A DNA stretch of 64,000 nt. Source: a virus. The notes under the pieces are model-generated. The model was not told where the DNA came from and did not search any database. It was given only the letters and a program-made list of their open reading frames with translations. The position numbers were made by a program, and so were the translations under genes. Shown in pieces: positions 8,801 to 18,008 of this stretch (positions are counted from its first letter, which is position 1; every line of letters starts with the position of its first letter). The stretch covers positions 1 to 64,000 of the IMG/VR virus record IMGVR_UViG_3300030098_004420. One strand, given 5' to 3'.

Positions 8801-11510
8801 TATTACTGCTACTCAAGGATTCTCTGGAGAAATTACTGGTGTAGGTGCTACGTTCACTAACATTACTGGTACATTACAGACTGCTGCTCAAACAAACATC
8901 ACATCACTTGGAACTCTAACTGCATTAACAGTAACTGGTAATGTAGATGCTAATGCTGGATTAGATGTTACTGGTGTTGGTGGATTAAGTGTAACTGGTG
9001 TTTCAACATTTACTGGTGCTGTTGATGCGAATGGTGGTGTTGATATATCAGGTGGAGCAAACACTTTAAATGTTACAGGTCATACAGAATTAGATAATTT
9101 AAATGTATCTGGTATAGCAACGATAGCAAATGTAGTTCTTACAAAGAATACTACAGGTGTTGGTGCTACTGTTGGTGGTCAAAATGTTGGTGTCGTTACT
9201 TACTATGGTGACGGTTCAAAACTTACAGGTACTGGTTCAGACTCTGGTGGTACTCAAAGAGTAGAAGTAGTTAATACTGGTGTGATTCTTGTTGGTGTTA
9301 TAACTGCCACAGATCAATTCAGTGGACAGATTACTGGTGTAGGTGCTACGTTCACTAACATTACTGGTACATTAGTGACTGGTGCTCAAACTAATATTAC
9401 ATCACTTGGAAATCTAACTGGATTGACTATAAATGGTGATGAAGAATTTTATGGTTCTGCTGGTGTTACATCTGCTATCTGGGATAAGTCAGAAAATACT
9501 TTAAACTTTAAGGATCATACTAAAGCTACCTTCGGAACTGGAAATGATATAAGCATATATCATGATGGTGCAAATTCATATGTAGATAACGCTACGGGTG
9601 ATTTCTTCATTAGAAACAATTCTAATGCAATAAAAATTCGACCAAAAAATGATGAAGAATCTATAGTAGCTCATGAAAATGGATCTGTACAGCTCTTTTT
9701 TGATAATTCACAAAAATTTGAGACGACTTATACGGGAACGGTAACGACTGGTATTGGTACTTTTAGTGGTGGAGTTAAAATCGCTGATGATAAATCATTA
9801 ACTGTAGGTAATGACGATAATTTATACATCAAACATAGTGATGGTCACGGTAAGAATTTCTTCGTTTCATCTGTTGGTGACTGTGAATTCCATATGGCTG
9901 GTTCTGAAAAAGCCATGGAATTTAAGACGAATGGTTCAGTAGACATCTACTATAATGCGTCCAAAAAATTCGAGACGACTCATACGGGAGCGATTGTAAC
10001 TGGTATTGCTACTGCTACTACTTTTAGTGTAGGTGATGGTTCTCATAGTACTGATAGAATATCTATTGGCGATGATAATGATTTCGCTTTGTATCATAAT
10101 GGCTCAAATTCGTTTGTTGTAGATCGTGGAACTGGTCCACTGTATATAAGAGGTAATAACGCAGTTCGTATTGAGAGTTATACGAATGACGCTGCTGGCG
10201 AAGCAATGATTATTGCTAATTCTGACGGAGCCGTTGAAGCATACTATGATGCGTCCAAAAAATTCGAGACGACCTATCATGGAGCGATTGTAACTGGAAT
10301 ACTAACTGCTACTAGTGATATTAAGACTACTGCTAACATATATGGTGCTCAAGGACATTTTACCGATCACATATACATTGCAGATAAGATAGTTCATACT
10401 GGAGATACAAATACTGCAATAAGATTCCCTACTAATGATACATTCACAGTAGAAACTGCTGGTTCAGAAAGACTTCGCATCACATCAGCAGGTAATGTCG
10501 GTATCGGAACTGATGCTCCAACTAATTTTAATGCTGCTGCTGATAATTTAGTTGTTGGTGGTGGAGCTGGACATCATGGAATGACTATATGGTCAGCTGC
10601 TGATGGAGATGGTTGGTTAGTCTTTAATGATGCAGTTAACACTAATTTAACTGGAGCAGTTCAATATAACCATGTTAGTGATTACATGGCCTTTAGAACA
10701 GCTACTACTGAAAGACTTCAGATCACAAGTAATGGTAGAGTATTAATTGGAACAGGTGCAGTTGGTGCATCTAGTAATCTTGTAGCACAAGGTGGTTTAC
10801 AAGTTAGTGCAAATGGTGCTTCTGGTGCTCCTTCTCTTTGCATAGGTGCTGATGGTACAGGAGCTAATACTCAATCCTTAACTGATGATACAGTGAAGGA
10901 CTGTAGAATTGGTTATCCTAACTATGATATAGATGAAGAACCACTTGCATTAATATCTGGATTTGTTGGAGATGGTTCTTCATTAGATGACAATGACGGT
11001 GCAAGGATCTATATTGGTGGTGGAACTAGTTACTTGAATGCAGTTAATCAGGTTAGATTCTATACACAAAATACAAATATCGCCACTGTAACTGGTACAG
11101 AAAGATTTCGCATTGGACCCGATGGTACAGCAGACTTTAATTCTAATACAGTTCAAAAGGCAGTACTAAAGAACTATACAGAAACTGTTAAGGCTGTTGG
11201 TAATACAGGTACATCTGCAACTCTTGACTTAGCAGATGGTAACGTCTTCACTGCCACACTAAATGGTAACTGTACATTTACATTTACTACTGGTACGAAC
11301 TCAGCTCCTAATGCTGCATCATTTACTTTAATACTAGCGAATGATAGTACACCAAGTAGAACCATTACTTGGCCTGCAGCAGTTAAGTGGCCTAACAACA
11401 GTGCTCCTTCCAGAACTACTGCTGCAAGTAAGACTGACATTTGGACATTCATGACTCCTGACAATGGCACTACATGGTATGGTAATATAGCCCTATATAA
11501 CTTTACATAG
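5841..11510 (+). CDS. Long tail-fibre-like protein (1889 aa)
   Basis: Many VSGVSTF / DVDG / ISDLTSGR repeats, ERLRITSAGNVGIGT repeats, C-terminal TITWPAAVKWP...TDIWTF module. Confidence 0.85.
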   Translation: MAASQQQKVDFLLKKIGYTASKTGLAEDSSLSGTKKAPFAEAVPSPLVIASTCLWADSTYIPATPPGSDSDYVKVYLSAASGHRMTVDSTVSGNRAYIAYSTYNDNGTAILGDWIDTQFGASYIIKVYKGDPNSGGVQLSAAGSGSNDGWFFDYSAGILNFNDTNVPSGVTDSNIYVVGYRYIGTKGPTAAGGISTFTTQYVSGVSTFADDVNLYGTTGVTSAYWDKTGDAVILKDHTKASFGTGQDLEFFHDGANSTIKNTTGTLFVDNGGTTFRNVSGTETQLAISDNGSVAAYFDNAKKIETLSVGATVTGNLGATSVSISGISTFEGNVDANGTLDVDGQSELDDVNVSGVSTFGQLVSASAGANIAGAAGLNVAGVTTVGGQIDGNAGADISGGETTLSSATISDLTSGRLTVAGTSGALQDSSNLTFDGTNKLAVTGGLTVSAGATLSSNLDVDGGADISGGGGTTLNVVGHTELDRVNVSAASTFGGDIDANGNIDVDGRADLDDVVVTGVATFSNNIDADGNLDVDGRTDLDDVVVTGVATFSALVDGNAGANFSGAETTLSSATVSDLTDNRIVLAGTSGSLEDSSKITFDGTTLAIVGDATFTGNVSVAGTLTSEDKENIDSVGLITARTGVRITSGGLTVNSGVSTFTDAIDANGGLDVAGGSGLVASSAKISDLTSGRVVVAGTSGELEDASTFTFSGGTVSATAFSGTNLTGTLQTAAQPNITSLGTIASLVASRSQVTGVGGFSVTGVSTFTGDIDANGNIDVDGRADLDDVVVTGVATFSNNIDADGDLDVDGHTELDYVNVSAAATFAGFIDANAGANVAGGFVANSAKISDLTSGRVPVVGTDGELEDASTFTFSGGTVTATGFSGNLTGTLQTAAQGNVTSVGTLTGLDVNGHTELDNIQVTGIATVANVVLTKNTTGVGATIGGLNVGVVTYYGDGSQLTGIDATALKDSGGNVKVQAVTTGAVVTGLITATQGFSGEITGVGATFTNITGTLQTAAQTNITSLGTLTALTVTGNVDANAGLDVTGVGGLSVTGVSTFTGAVDANGGVDISGGANTLNVTGHTELDNLNVSGIATIANVVLTKNTTGVGATVGGQNVGVVTYYGDGSKLTGTGSDSGGTQRVEVVNTGVILVGVITATDQFSGQITGVGATFTNITGTLVTGAQTNITSLGNLTGLTINGDEEFYGSAGVTSAIWDKSENTLNFKDHTKATFGTGNDISIYHDGANSYVDNATGDFFIRNNSNAIKIRPKNDEESIVAHENGSVQLFFDNSQKFETTYTGTVTTGIGTFSGGVKIADDKSLTVGNDDNLYIKHSDGHGKNFFVSSVGDCEFHMAGSEKAMEFKTNGSVDIYYNASKKFETTHTGAIVTGIATATTFSVGDGSHSTDRISIGDDNDFALYHNGSNSFVVDRGTGPLYIRGNNAVRIESYTNDAAGEAMIIANSDGAVEAYYDASKKFETTYHGAIVTGILTATSDIKTTANIYGAQGHFTDHIYIADKIVHTGDTNTAIRFPTNDTFTVETAGSERLRITSAGNVGIGTDAPTNFNAAADNLVVGGGAGHHGMTIWSAADGDGWLVFNDAVNTNLTGAVQYNHVSDYMAFRTATTERLQITSNGRVLIGTGAVGASSNLVAQGGLQVSANGASGAPSLCIGADGTGANTQSLTDDTVKDCRIGYPNYDIDEEPLALISGFVGDGSSLDDNDGARIYIGGGTSYLNAVNQVRFYTQNTNIATVTGTERFRIGPDGTADFNSNTVQKAVLKNYTETVKAVGNTGTSATLDLADGNVFTATLNGNCTFTFTTGTNSAPNAASFTLILANDSTPSRTITWPAAVKWPNNSAPSRTTAASKTDIWTFMTPDNGTTWYGNIALYNFT
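6996..7195 (+). repeat. Fibre module, copy A (similar to 61497-61696)
   Basis: Encodes GQIDGNAGADISGGETTLSSAT...FDGTNKLAVTGGLTVSAGAT; 3' end nearly identical in DNA to copy B. Confidence 0.85.
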
Positions 11511-11535
11511 TAAAATTTATTAATCTTTTATTATT

Positions 11536-12153
11536 ATGACTGAACTACAACATTCTCCTGGAAAGTGCCAATATAATCAGTTTATTGGCATTTATGAAAA
11601 TGTATTTCCCGATGGTTATTGTAACCATCTAGTTACTGAAATGGAGAGTCTTTTAGCAACAGGAGCTGGTTATGATAGACAATCTACTGAAGGTGTTACT
11701 AAAACAGTAAAACAGGATGAATATGTTTTCATTAATATGAAAATTCATAATCCTAATCCATTTAATGGTGAGATGTGTCAGAAGATTTTTTGGGATGGTC
11801 TCCAACATTGTTTTGATCGATATTGTAGGGAGTATGATATTTTAAAAGATATGCCTCTTAAGGCTACTACTCTTAAATTACAGAAGACTGTTCCTGGTGG
11901 AGGATATCATGTTTGGCATTGTGAGCAGGGAACAGAAGATGGTGCTAACAGAGTTGCTGTTTACAGTTTGTATTTAAATACAATTGAAGAAGCAGGAGAA
12001 ACCGAATTCTTATATCAAAAATTGAGACTACCTGCAAAAGAAAACACAATGGTTATTTGGCCTGCTGGTTACACTCATCCTCATCGTGGAAATGCTGTGT
12101 ATGGTGACAAGGCAAAATATATTCTAACAGGATGGTTTTATGTTGATTATTGA
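11536..12153 (+). CDS. 2OG-Fe(II) oxygenase (prolyl-4-hydroxylase-like)
   Basis: GGGYHVWHCE...YLN...GETEFLYQ...IWPAGYTHPHRGN...KYILTGW. Confidence 0.9.
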   Translation: MTELQHSPGKCQYNQFIGIYENVFPDGYCNHLVTEMESLLATGAGYDRQSTEGVTKTVKQDEYVFINMKIHNPNPFNGEMCQKIFWDGLQHCFDRYCREYDILKDMPLKATTLKLQKTVPGGGYHVWHCEQGTEDGANRVAVYSLYLNTIEEAGETEFLYQKLRLPAKENTMVIWPAGYTHPHRGNAVYGDKAKYILTGWFYVDY

Positions 12154-12161
12154 TTCTTAAT

Positions 12162-12169
12162 TATAAATA
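12162..12169 (+). promoter_or_regulatory. T4-type late promoter
   Basis: TATAAATA just upstream of the Gly-rich gene at 12194. Confidence 0.8.
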
Positions 12170-12193
12170 AACTTATAGGAAAATAATAGAAAA

Positions 12194-15100
12194 ATGGCAA
12201 TAGGAACCAAAAAAGTATTAGCTCCTGGATTTATGGAACCTGCGGATTCCGTAACCTTTAATAATCCAGGTACTTTTGTTGCTCCTATGAGACTAAGGAA
12301 CCTTACTGTAACAGGTAGAGGTGGTAGTGGTAATCCAGGTAATGCAGGAAATGGTGGTAATGGTGGTACTGCAGGATCTGCTGGTAACTCAGGTAATCCA
12401 GGAACAGCAGGTAGTGGAGGTTCAGCAGGAAACCCAGGTGGTGATGGTAATGTAGGTACTGGTGGTAATGCAAACCCAGGTAATGCAGGTAATAATGGTG
12501 CTGCAGGAACAGCAGGTAACTCAGGTAACCCAGGAACAAAAGGTAATGGTGGTAGTGCAGGAAACCCAGGTAATGATGGTAATGTAGGTAGTGGTGGCAC
12601 CAAAGGTAATGCAGGAAACCCAGGTAATGCTGGAACTGCTGGTAACGGAGGAACAGCAGGAAACCCAGGTAATCCAGGTAATAATGGTGCTGCAGGAACA
12701 GCAGGTAATGCAGGTAATTCTGGAACTGGTGGTAACGGAGGTTCAGCAGGTAACCCAGGTAACTCAGGAACTGGTGGTCCTGGTGGAACAGCAGGAAACC
12801 CAGGTAACTCAGGAACTAATGGTGGTGCAGGAAACCCAGGAAATTCAGGAAACCCAGGAGGAAGTGGTAACGGTGGTCCTGGTGGTAATGCAGGTAATCC
12901 TGGTAATCCTGGCGGAACAGGTAATTCAGGAAACGCTGGAGGAGGAGGCGGCGGTGGTGGCGGTGGTGCCCAAGATTGGAACGTCGCTCCTATGCATCCA
13001 GGAAATCCAGGTAATGCTGGATCACCAAGTCCAGGTGGAGGACCAGGAGGTGCTGGAGGACCAGCTGCTGGACCTAACTTAGGACATACCGCTTCAGGAG
13101 GAAATGGTCAACCAGGAAATAGTGGAGGAGGTGGTTGGAACGGTAACCCAGGTAGTAATGGAAACCCAGGTCACGGACATAATAATGGTGGTAGTGGAAA
13201 TAGTGGACATAATGGTAACCCAGGTAACTCAGGTAATGCAGGGAATTATGGGTCTAATGGTAACCCAGGAACTGGTGGAGGAACAGGAGGTGGTGGTAGC
13301 TCAGGTAATCCAGGAACAGGAGCTACCAACGGTAATCCAGGAAGTCCAGGTAACCCAGGAACAGGAGCTAATCCAGGAACAAATGGTAACCCAGGTAATC
13401 CAGGAACAGGTGCCAATGAAGGTAACGCAGGATCAAGTGGTAACCCAGGATCAGGAGCTAATAACGGAAACCCAGGTAATTCAGGAGCAACAGGAAATCC
13501 AGGAACAGGTGCTACATCAGGAAACCCAGGAACAAATGGTACTGATGGATCTGGTGCTGGTAGTGGTGGTGCGGGTGCTGATGGTAATCCAGGAAATGCT
13601 AACCCAGGTAATGCAGGAAATCCAGGTACAGCAGGAACAGGTGCTACATCAGGAAATCCAGGCACAGCAGGAACAGCAGGAACAGGAGCTACATCAGGTA
13701 ACCCAGGTAATCCAGGAAATAATGGAAACCCAGGTAATGTAGGTAATCCATCATCAGTATTTGGATTAACATTCTCTGGTGGTAATGGTGGTACTGCTGG
13801 TAGTGGTAATCCAGGAACAGCAGGTAATCCAGGAAATAATGGTACTGGTGGTGCAGGTAATCCAGGTAACGCAGGAACCAATGGTACAGGTGGTACTGCA
13901 GGTAATCCAGGAAATGCTGGAACTGCTGGTACTGGTGGTAGTGCTGGTAACTCAGGTAATCCAGGAACATCAGGAACAAAAGGTAATGCTACTGGAGGTA
14001 ATCCAGGTAATAATGGTGCTGCAGGAACAGCAGGTAACCCAGGTAATGCAGGTAATCCAGGAACTAATGGAACAGGTGGTACTGGTAACCCAGGTAATGA
14101 TGGAAATAATGGTGCAGGTGGTACTGCAGGAACAGCAGGTAATCCAGGAAATAATGGTCCAGGTGGAACAGGTAATCCAGGTAATGCAGGAACCAATGGT
14201 ACAGGTGGTACTGGAAATCCAGGAAACTCTGGGGGTGCTGGTACTGGTGGTAGTGCTGGTAATAGAGGTACTGGAGGAAATGGTGGACCAAGAGGTAATG
14301 CAGGTAATCCTGGTGGATCAGGTAATCCAGGAGGAAGTGGATTTGGTGGCACTGGAGGACCAGGAGGAACTGGTGGTCCTGGCGGTGGAGGAGGCGGTGG
14401 AGGCGGCTCTACCGTAGGAGGATCATTTGGTGGATCTTCTGGACATTCTGCTGGTGGTGGATATAGTGGTGGTAATGGTGGTACCCAAGGTCCAGGTGGA
14501 TCTGGTGGTACTGGTGGTGGTGCTAACTCAGGATCTGGTGGTCATTCAGGATGGCATGCATCTAATGGTAATACAGGACCAAGTGGATCTGGACATAATA
14601 ATGGTGGTAGTGGTAACCCAGGCAGTCCAGGTACTGGAGCTACATCAGGTAACCCAGGACATGGTGGTAACCCAGGAAATGGTAACCCAGGTAATGCTGG
14701 TTCAGATGGTAATCCAGGAAGTGGTAACCCAGGTAACCCAGGATCTGCAGGAACAGCAGGAACTGGTGCTGGTTCAGGTAATGCAGGTGCTGATGGCAAT
14801 CCAGGAAATGCTAACCCAGGTAATGCTGGTTCTGATGGTAACAATGGTAACCCAGGAACAGGAGCAGGTGAAGGAGGAGCAGGAGCAAATGGTAATCCAG
14901 GAAACCAAAACCCAGGAAACTCAGGAGCAGCAGGTAATCCAGGAACAGGTGCTACATCAGGAAATCCAGGTAACTCAGGTAATCCAGGAACAGGAGCAGG
15001 TGAAGGGCAAGCAGGAGCAGATGGTAATCCAGGAAACCAAAGTAGTGGAGGTTCAGGATCTGCAGGAACAGCAGGTAATCCAGGAACAGGTAATCCAGGA

Positions 15101-15217
15101 GGTGCTGGAGGCACAGCACCTGCTAGTAACTTAGCGTCGTTGATAACTGGTGGTACTTCTTATCCAGTAGTTGTTGGTCCTGGTGGATATATAACAATTA
15201 CTTACGAGACACAGTAA
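12194..15217 (+). CDS. Gly-X-X repeat (polyglycine-II / collagen-like) structural protein, 1007 aa
   Basis: About 930 aa of GNP/GNA/GTA/GNS triplets between short globular ends resembling phage glycine-rich domains (TFNNPGTFVAP...LTVTGRGG; SYPVVVGPGG). Confidence 0.85.
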   Translation: MAIGTKKVLAPGFMEPADSVTFNNPGTFVAPMRLRNLTVTGRGGSGNPGNAGNGGNGGTAGSAGNSGNPGTAGSGGSAGNPGGDGNVGTGGNANPGNAGNNGAAGTAGNSGNPGTKGNGGSAGNPGNDGNVGSGGTKGNAGNPGNAGTAGNGGTAGNPGNPGNNGAAGTAGNAGNSGTGGNGGSAGNPGNSGTGGPGGTAGNPGNSGTNGGAGNPGNSGNPGGSGNGGPGGNAGNPGNPGGTGNSGNAGGGGGGGGGGAQDWNVAPMHPGNPGNAGSPSPGGGPGGAGGPAAGPNLGHTASGGNGQPGNSGGGGWNGNPGSNGNPGHGHNNGGSGNSGHNGNPGNSGNAGNYGSNGNPGTGGGTGGGGSSGNPGTGATNGNPGSPGNPGTGANPGTNGNPGNPGTGANEGNAGSSGNPGSGANNGNPGNSGATGNPGTGATSGNPGTNGTDGSGAGSGGAGADGNPGNANPGNAGNPGTAGTGATSGNPGTAGTAGTGATSGNPGNPGNNGNPGNVGNPSSVFGLTFSGGNGGTAGSGNPGTAGNPGNNGTGGAGNPGNAGTNGTGGTAGNPGNAGTAGTGGSAGNSGNPGTSGTKGNATGGNPGNNGAAGTAGNPGNAGNPGTNGTGGTGNPGNDGNNGAGGTAGTAGNPGNNGPGGTGNPGNAGTNGTGGTGNPGNSGGAGTGGSAGNRGTGGNGGPRGNAGNPGGSGNPGGSGFGGTGGPGGTGGPGGGGGGGGGSTVGGSFGGSSGHSAGGGYSGGNGGTQGPGGSGGTGGGANSGSGGHSGWHASNGNTGPSGSGHNNGGSGNPGSPGTGATSGNPGHGGNPGNGNPGNAGSDGNPGSGNPGNPGSAGTAGTGAGSGNAGADGNPGNANPGNAGSDGNNGNPGTGAGEGGAGANGNPGNQNPGNSGAAGNPGTGATSGNPGNSGNPGTGAGEGQAGADGNPGNQSSGGSGSAGTAGNPGTGNPGGAGGTAPASNLASLITGGTSYPVVVGPGGYITITYETQ

Positions 15218-15259
15218 ATAACAGCCTATATAAAAATGAGTTAATCATTATTTTTTGCC

Positions 15260-15913
15260 ATGCCAAAAAAAGAATCTGAAATTCGTAAGAAGATCAATGA
15301 AATGGCTGAAGAAAATGAATATTACAATCTTCAGCAAAATAAAAATCGAGCTCGCTCTATTACATGTGGAACTGCTTTTGGTGGAACCATAGAAGTTAAT
15401 ATGAGGGGTGATCACCATTCTATGTGGTGTAGTATGACACCTGTAGAAGCACTTGAGTTTGCAGAACAAATGGCTGCTGCTTGTGGTGTTCAAGTTGCTT
15501 TAAGACCTAAAGATGACTTTAGTGCTTGGAGAGGATGGGACATTGAAAATACTGAATATTCTCACTTTAAAGGTGCTGCACCTTGGCAAGTGCATAATAT
15601 TGCAGGAGCAAATGTTCATCAAAGTAGACTTGGTGGAAGTGGTGGTACTGCTGGTACACCAGTTGAAGATGAGTATCCTTCAAAAGAGGAACGAATTGCT
15701 GAGTTTAAAAGACAAAGAGATGAAGCACAAGCTGAGTTGGAAAATCTAGAAAAAGATCCTGAGGATATTATGGATGATATTGGAAATCCTGAAATTGCAA
15801 TAGCAGGTGTTCCAACTGAAAAAATGTTTGATCAGAAGGTTCAACATGAAGCTAATCTCATGAGTAAGAATCTAGAAGCTATAAAAGAACAACAAGAGGC
15901 ACAAAACGAATGA
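15260..15913 (+). CDS. Hypothetical protein
   Basis: 217-aa ORF following the Gly-rich gene. Confidence 0.8.
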   Translation: MPKKESEIRKKINEMAEENEYYNLQQNKNRARSITCGTAFGGTIEVNMRGDHHSMWCSMTPVEALEFAEQMAAACGVQVALRPKDDFSAWRGWDIENTEYSHFKGAAPWQVHNIAGANVHQSRLGGSGGTAGTPVEDEYPSKEERIAEFKRQRDEAQAELENLEKDPEDIMDDIGNPEIAIAGVPTEKMFDQKVQHEANLMSKNLEAIKEQQEAQNE

Positions 15914-16479
15914 CTAGAACAAATTTATATGTTCATGTTAATACTGTGGATAAGAAAGTTTTTTCTCATCCAACAGAGGTACCAGAAAACTGGAGTAACA
16001 TTCATGGTTTCTCCAGTTTAACTGATACTGAATTATCTGATTTATCAGATAGGCATCGTCCAAACGAAGCTTGGCTCAAATTTGATTCAAGCTTCGCTGT
16101 AGATGATTATACTTATGATGATGATTGGTTGGATGGTGCAAAGGGAACCATCAAATTGGTATATAAAAATCAAAGACAAGAAGCAATTAAGAAAGGTGTT
16201 TCTTATAACAGTATAATATTTGATGCTGATGCAGAGACACAAATTAAGATGAATATAAAGAAAGATTCATCTGCAACTTCTTTTAAGTGGAAGTATAATA
16301 ATACTTTCTATACATTAAGTAAGTCTGATATAACAGCAGTTCATAACGCTCTTGACGATTATATTCAGAAGTGTTATGATATGGAAGCGAATTATGTTAG
16401 TCAAATAGAAGCTGCAACTGATGCTGCTGGACTAAGAACCTTTACTTTAGATGGTACGTGGCCGACTAATTCATATTAA
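15910..16479 (+). CDS. Tail-fibre-associated protein, DUF4376-like
   Basis: VPENWSNIHG N-terminus; GVSYNSIIFDADAETQ...FKWK...YIQKCYDME C-terminal pattern. Confidence 0.6.
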   Translation: MTRTNLYVHVNTVDKKVFSHPTEVPENWSNIHGFSSLTDTELSDLSDRHRPNEAWLKFDSSFAVDDYTYDDDWLDGAKGTIKLVYKNQRQEAIKKGVSYNSIIFDADAETQIKMNIKKDSSATSFKWKYNNTFYTLSKSDITAVHNALDDYIQKCYDMEANYVSQIEAATDAAGLRTFTLDGTWPTNSY

Positions 16480-16502
16480 CTTATAATTTTTGTTTCTACA
16501 TT

Positions 16503-17168
16503 ATGGCATCACAATCATATTGGTTTTATACTGGTCTTCCAGATAAAGTTATAGATGCTATTGAAGAAGATTTAGAATTAAATTTAGATCCTAAGTTAGC
16601 ATCTTCCGTAGTAGGTCATACTAATTTAGATACTGCTGAAAAAAATGAAGAAAGTGTAGTATATATTGATAAAAGAAAAAGAAATGCATTGAATGCTTGG
16701 ATTCCTGCTGAACATTGGATAACAGGATTCTTATGGCACTATGTAATGATGGCTAATCGTATGAATTTTTTATATGATATTGAGCATGTAGATAGAAACT
16801 CTCTTCAATATACTGTATATAATGAAGGTCATTTTTATGGATGGCATAATGATGGAGGACTTCCTATTTGTTATCAACCAGTCAGTAATGGAAATCAAGG
16901 AAGTTTTGATGAATTAACACAAGATTTTCTTTCTACAACCTGTGAGAAAGTAAGAAAACTTTCTTTTAGTTTACTCTTATCTGATCCTGAAACTTATGAA
17001 GGTGGTAACTTTCAATTAATGGATGAGAATGAGAAGACTTACATTGCACCTAGACAGAAAGGTTCAATAATTCTTTTTGATTCAAGAGCAAGACATAGAG
17101 TTACACCTGTAAGAAAGGGTACACGTAAATCCATTGTTGGATGGACTATTGGACCACGTTGGAAATAG
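16503..17168 (+). CDS. 2OG-Fe(II) oxygenase (PKHD-type)
   Basis: LQYTVY...FYGWHND...RKLSFSLLLSDPETYEGG...FDSRARHRVTPVRKGTRKSIVGW. Confidence 0.92.
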   Translation: MASQSYWFYTGLPDKVIDAIEEDLELNLDPKLASSVVGHTNLDTAEKNEESVVYIDKRKRNALNAWIPAEHWITGFLWHYVMMANRMNFLYDIEHVDRNSLQYTVYNEGHFYGWHNDGGLPICYQPVSNGNQGSFDELTQDFLSTTCEKVRKLSFSLLLSDPETYEGGNFQLMDENEKTYIAPRQKGSIILFDSRARHRVTPVRKGTRKSIVGWTIGPRWK

Positions 17169-17174
17169 TTTATT

Positions 17175-18008
17175 ATGGCTCATGATGAACATGGTATGTG
17201 GATTCAAGATGATATTCCTTATAGAGAACGTCTTAATTCAGGTACATCTCTAACAAATCATAAAGAGTTTGAGGAGAATGGATATTTTGTTGTAAAGGAT
17301 TTTTATGATCCTCAATTTTTTTATGAATTGCCTCCTAAAAAACCAGGAAAATATGATTATAATGGTGATGTCAATTTGTATAATTATAATGAGAATGAAG
17401 GGCAGGTAAAAAATAGTACGTCAAGAACTAAGTACCCACCATATGAGAGTGCACATACTCGTATTAGATATAAACTTGAAAAACTTATAGGTAAAAAACT
17501 TTATAATACTTATTTTTATGATCGTTTTTATGTACCAGGATATCCATTAACTCCTCATACAGATCGTCCTGCTTGTGAGATTTCTGTAACACTTCATATT
17601 AGTAGTAATGTAAAAGATCCGTGGCCTATTTGGATTAAGGGTGCAGATACTTATGATATTCCTAGAGCTAAAAATCCGTGGAGTAAAAAAATTATAAACC
17701 AAGGACTTGAACGTTCAGTTATTTTAAAACCTGGCGATGCCTTAATTTATAAAGGATGTGAAAGACCTCATTGGAGAGAACCATTACCTAGAGAATATAG
17801 AACAATATATAGTATTCAATATACTGATGATATAACATCCATTCCACCAAAAGTTTATTCAGAACCTCAATATGGTATGAGGGAAGAGATTGGAGGATTA
17901 TATTATCATCAAATATTTTTTCATTATGTTTTACAAGATGGGTTGAGAGCAGATAAGGCTTGGGATAATAATGATTGCGATCCAATGCTATGGCCAAGTA
18001 GGTTATAA
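17175..18008 (+). CDS. 2OG-Fe(II) oxygenase-like protein
   Basis: HTDRPACEISVT (HxD), GDALIYKGCERPHWRE, QIFFHYV. Confidence 0.75.
   Translation: MAHDEHGMWIQDDIPYRERLNSGTSLTNHKEFEENGYFVVKDFYDPQFFYELPPKKPGKYDYNGDVNLYNYNENEGQVKNSTSRTKYPPYESAHTRIRYKLEKLIGKKLYNTYFYDRFYVPGYPLTPHTDRPACEISVTLHISSNVKDPWPIWIKGADTYDIPRAKNPWSKKIINQGLERSVILKPGDALIYKGCERPHWREPLPREYRTIYSIQYTDDITSIPPKVYSEPQYGMREEIGGLYYHQIFFHYVLQDGLRADKAWDNNDCDPMLWPSRL

Noticed and set aside
12157-15134. Long antisense and alternative-frame ORFs over the Gly-rich gene (e.g. 13246-14352 minus, 13779-14417 plus)
   Set aside because: Shadows of repetitive GGN-AAY-CCA codons; no independent start signals
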